DNA from: Chrysemys picta bellii
Taxonomy: Eukaryota
Assembly: GCF_011386835.1 (NCBI RefSeq)
Contig: NC_088804.1
Coordinates: 23,126,001-23,190,000 of the forward strand
Direction: 5' to 3'
DNA length: 64,000 nucleotides
In this document: in pieces, positions 63,703 through 64,000 of the stretch
How positions within the stretch are numbered: the first letter of the stretch is position 1
Layout: each line of letters opens with the position of its first letter
Made by a program: the position numbers and the translations under genes
Notes under the pieces: model-generated
Database searches by the model: none
Told to the model about the DNA's origin: nothing
What the model saw: the letters and a program-made list of their open reading frames with translations, nothing else

Positions 63703-63730
63703 ACTAACCAGGCTTTTGTCTGTCATGCAG
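63703..63730 (+). promoter_or_regulatory. Branch point and 3' splice site of the terminal exon
   Basis: ACTAAC consensus branch point at 63703-63708 (branch A 63707, 23 nt upstream of the exon), a short pyrimidine tract cttttgtctgtc, then CAG at 63728-63730. Confidence 0.75.
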
Positions 63731-63966
63731 GTCACAGGCCTTTCCAGTGCAGATACTGCCCATACAGTGCCTCTCAGAAGGGAAATCTGAAGACCCATGT
63801 TCTTTGTGTCCATCGCATGCCTTTTGACAACAGCCAGTATCCAGATCGCAGGTTCAAGCGCTCCAGAGTTGACTCCGAGGCTTCTGGGAATTTAGAGGAA
63901 CCTGCAGCTGTCAAACCTGGGAGCTCAGCAGAGCTAACAGAGGAGGGCAGCAAGGCCCAAGAGTAA
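63731..63966 (+). CDS. ZNF536: Terminal coding exon of a C2H2 zinc-finger transcription factor, probably the distal alternative last exon of ZNF536 (phase-1 entry; 77 codons plus a split Gly)
   Basis: Acceptor tgtcatgcAG at 63729-63730 is followed by GT CAC AGG CCT TTC CAG TGC..., translating (G)HRPFQCRYCPYSASQKGNLKTHVLCVHRMPFDNSQYPDRRFKRSRVDSEASGNLEEPAAVKPGSSAELTEEGSKAQE*. This has a C-x2-C-x12-H-x4-H finger, a basic RRFKRSR patch and stop TAA at 63964-63966. Gene identity is from recalled similarity to the long ZNF536 C-terminus and was not searched. Confidence 0.78.
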
Positions 63967-64000
63967 TGCAGCTGAACAAATCAATCTGTATATTGCAATA

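Larger units (their letters stand above)
1..63730 (+). other. ZNF536: Part of a very long intron (probably the last intron of the long ZNF536 isoform)
   Basis: No other credible host coding exon was found upstream of 63731, and that exon begins mid-codon, so it needs an upstream exon outside the window. Confidence 0.65.

Noticed and set aside
63694-63730. ATG-started ORF extension MRKTNQAFVCHA in front of the zinc finger
   Set aside because: It overlaps the branch point, pyrimidine tract and acceptor AG, so it is intron sequence that happens to be in frame. The real exon starts at 63731.

Overview
Vertebrate genomic DNA, most likely turtle (inferred from the CR1, DIRS, Penelope, Harbinger and hAT repeat families present), from a gapped assembly with three N runs. 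The only host coding sequence is a spliced terminal exon at 63731-63966 (+) encoding one C2H2 zinc finger, which I recognise from memory as the distal alternative last exon of ZNF536. Positions 1-63730 are therefore most likely part of one very long intron. That intron carries many transposon insertions, several with verifiable target-site duplications (TSDs): hAT and PIF/Harbinger MITEs, CR1 LINE fragments, a non-autonomous DIRS element, CORE-SINEs and two LF-SINE-like copies. These are interleaved with repeat-poor blocks that look like conserved non-coding elements. Best second-look items: (1) two ~190-200 bp fold-back Penelope-like insertions with 12-13 bp TSDs that carry minimal hammerhead ribozyme motifs; (2) a candidate recursive splice site (polypyrimidine-CAG|GTAAGA) with a 150-nt stop-containing RS-exon at 28285-28434; (3) a 1.37 kb DIRS derivative retaining its ITR and ICR architecture; (4) a perfect 64-bp spacerless palindrome. 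No prokaryotic systems, CRISPR arrays or rRNA/tRNA genes were seen. Nearly all ORFs in the supplied track are spurious. All family names come from pattern recognition, not database searches.
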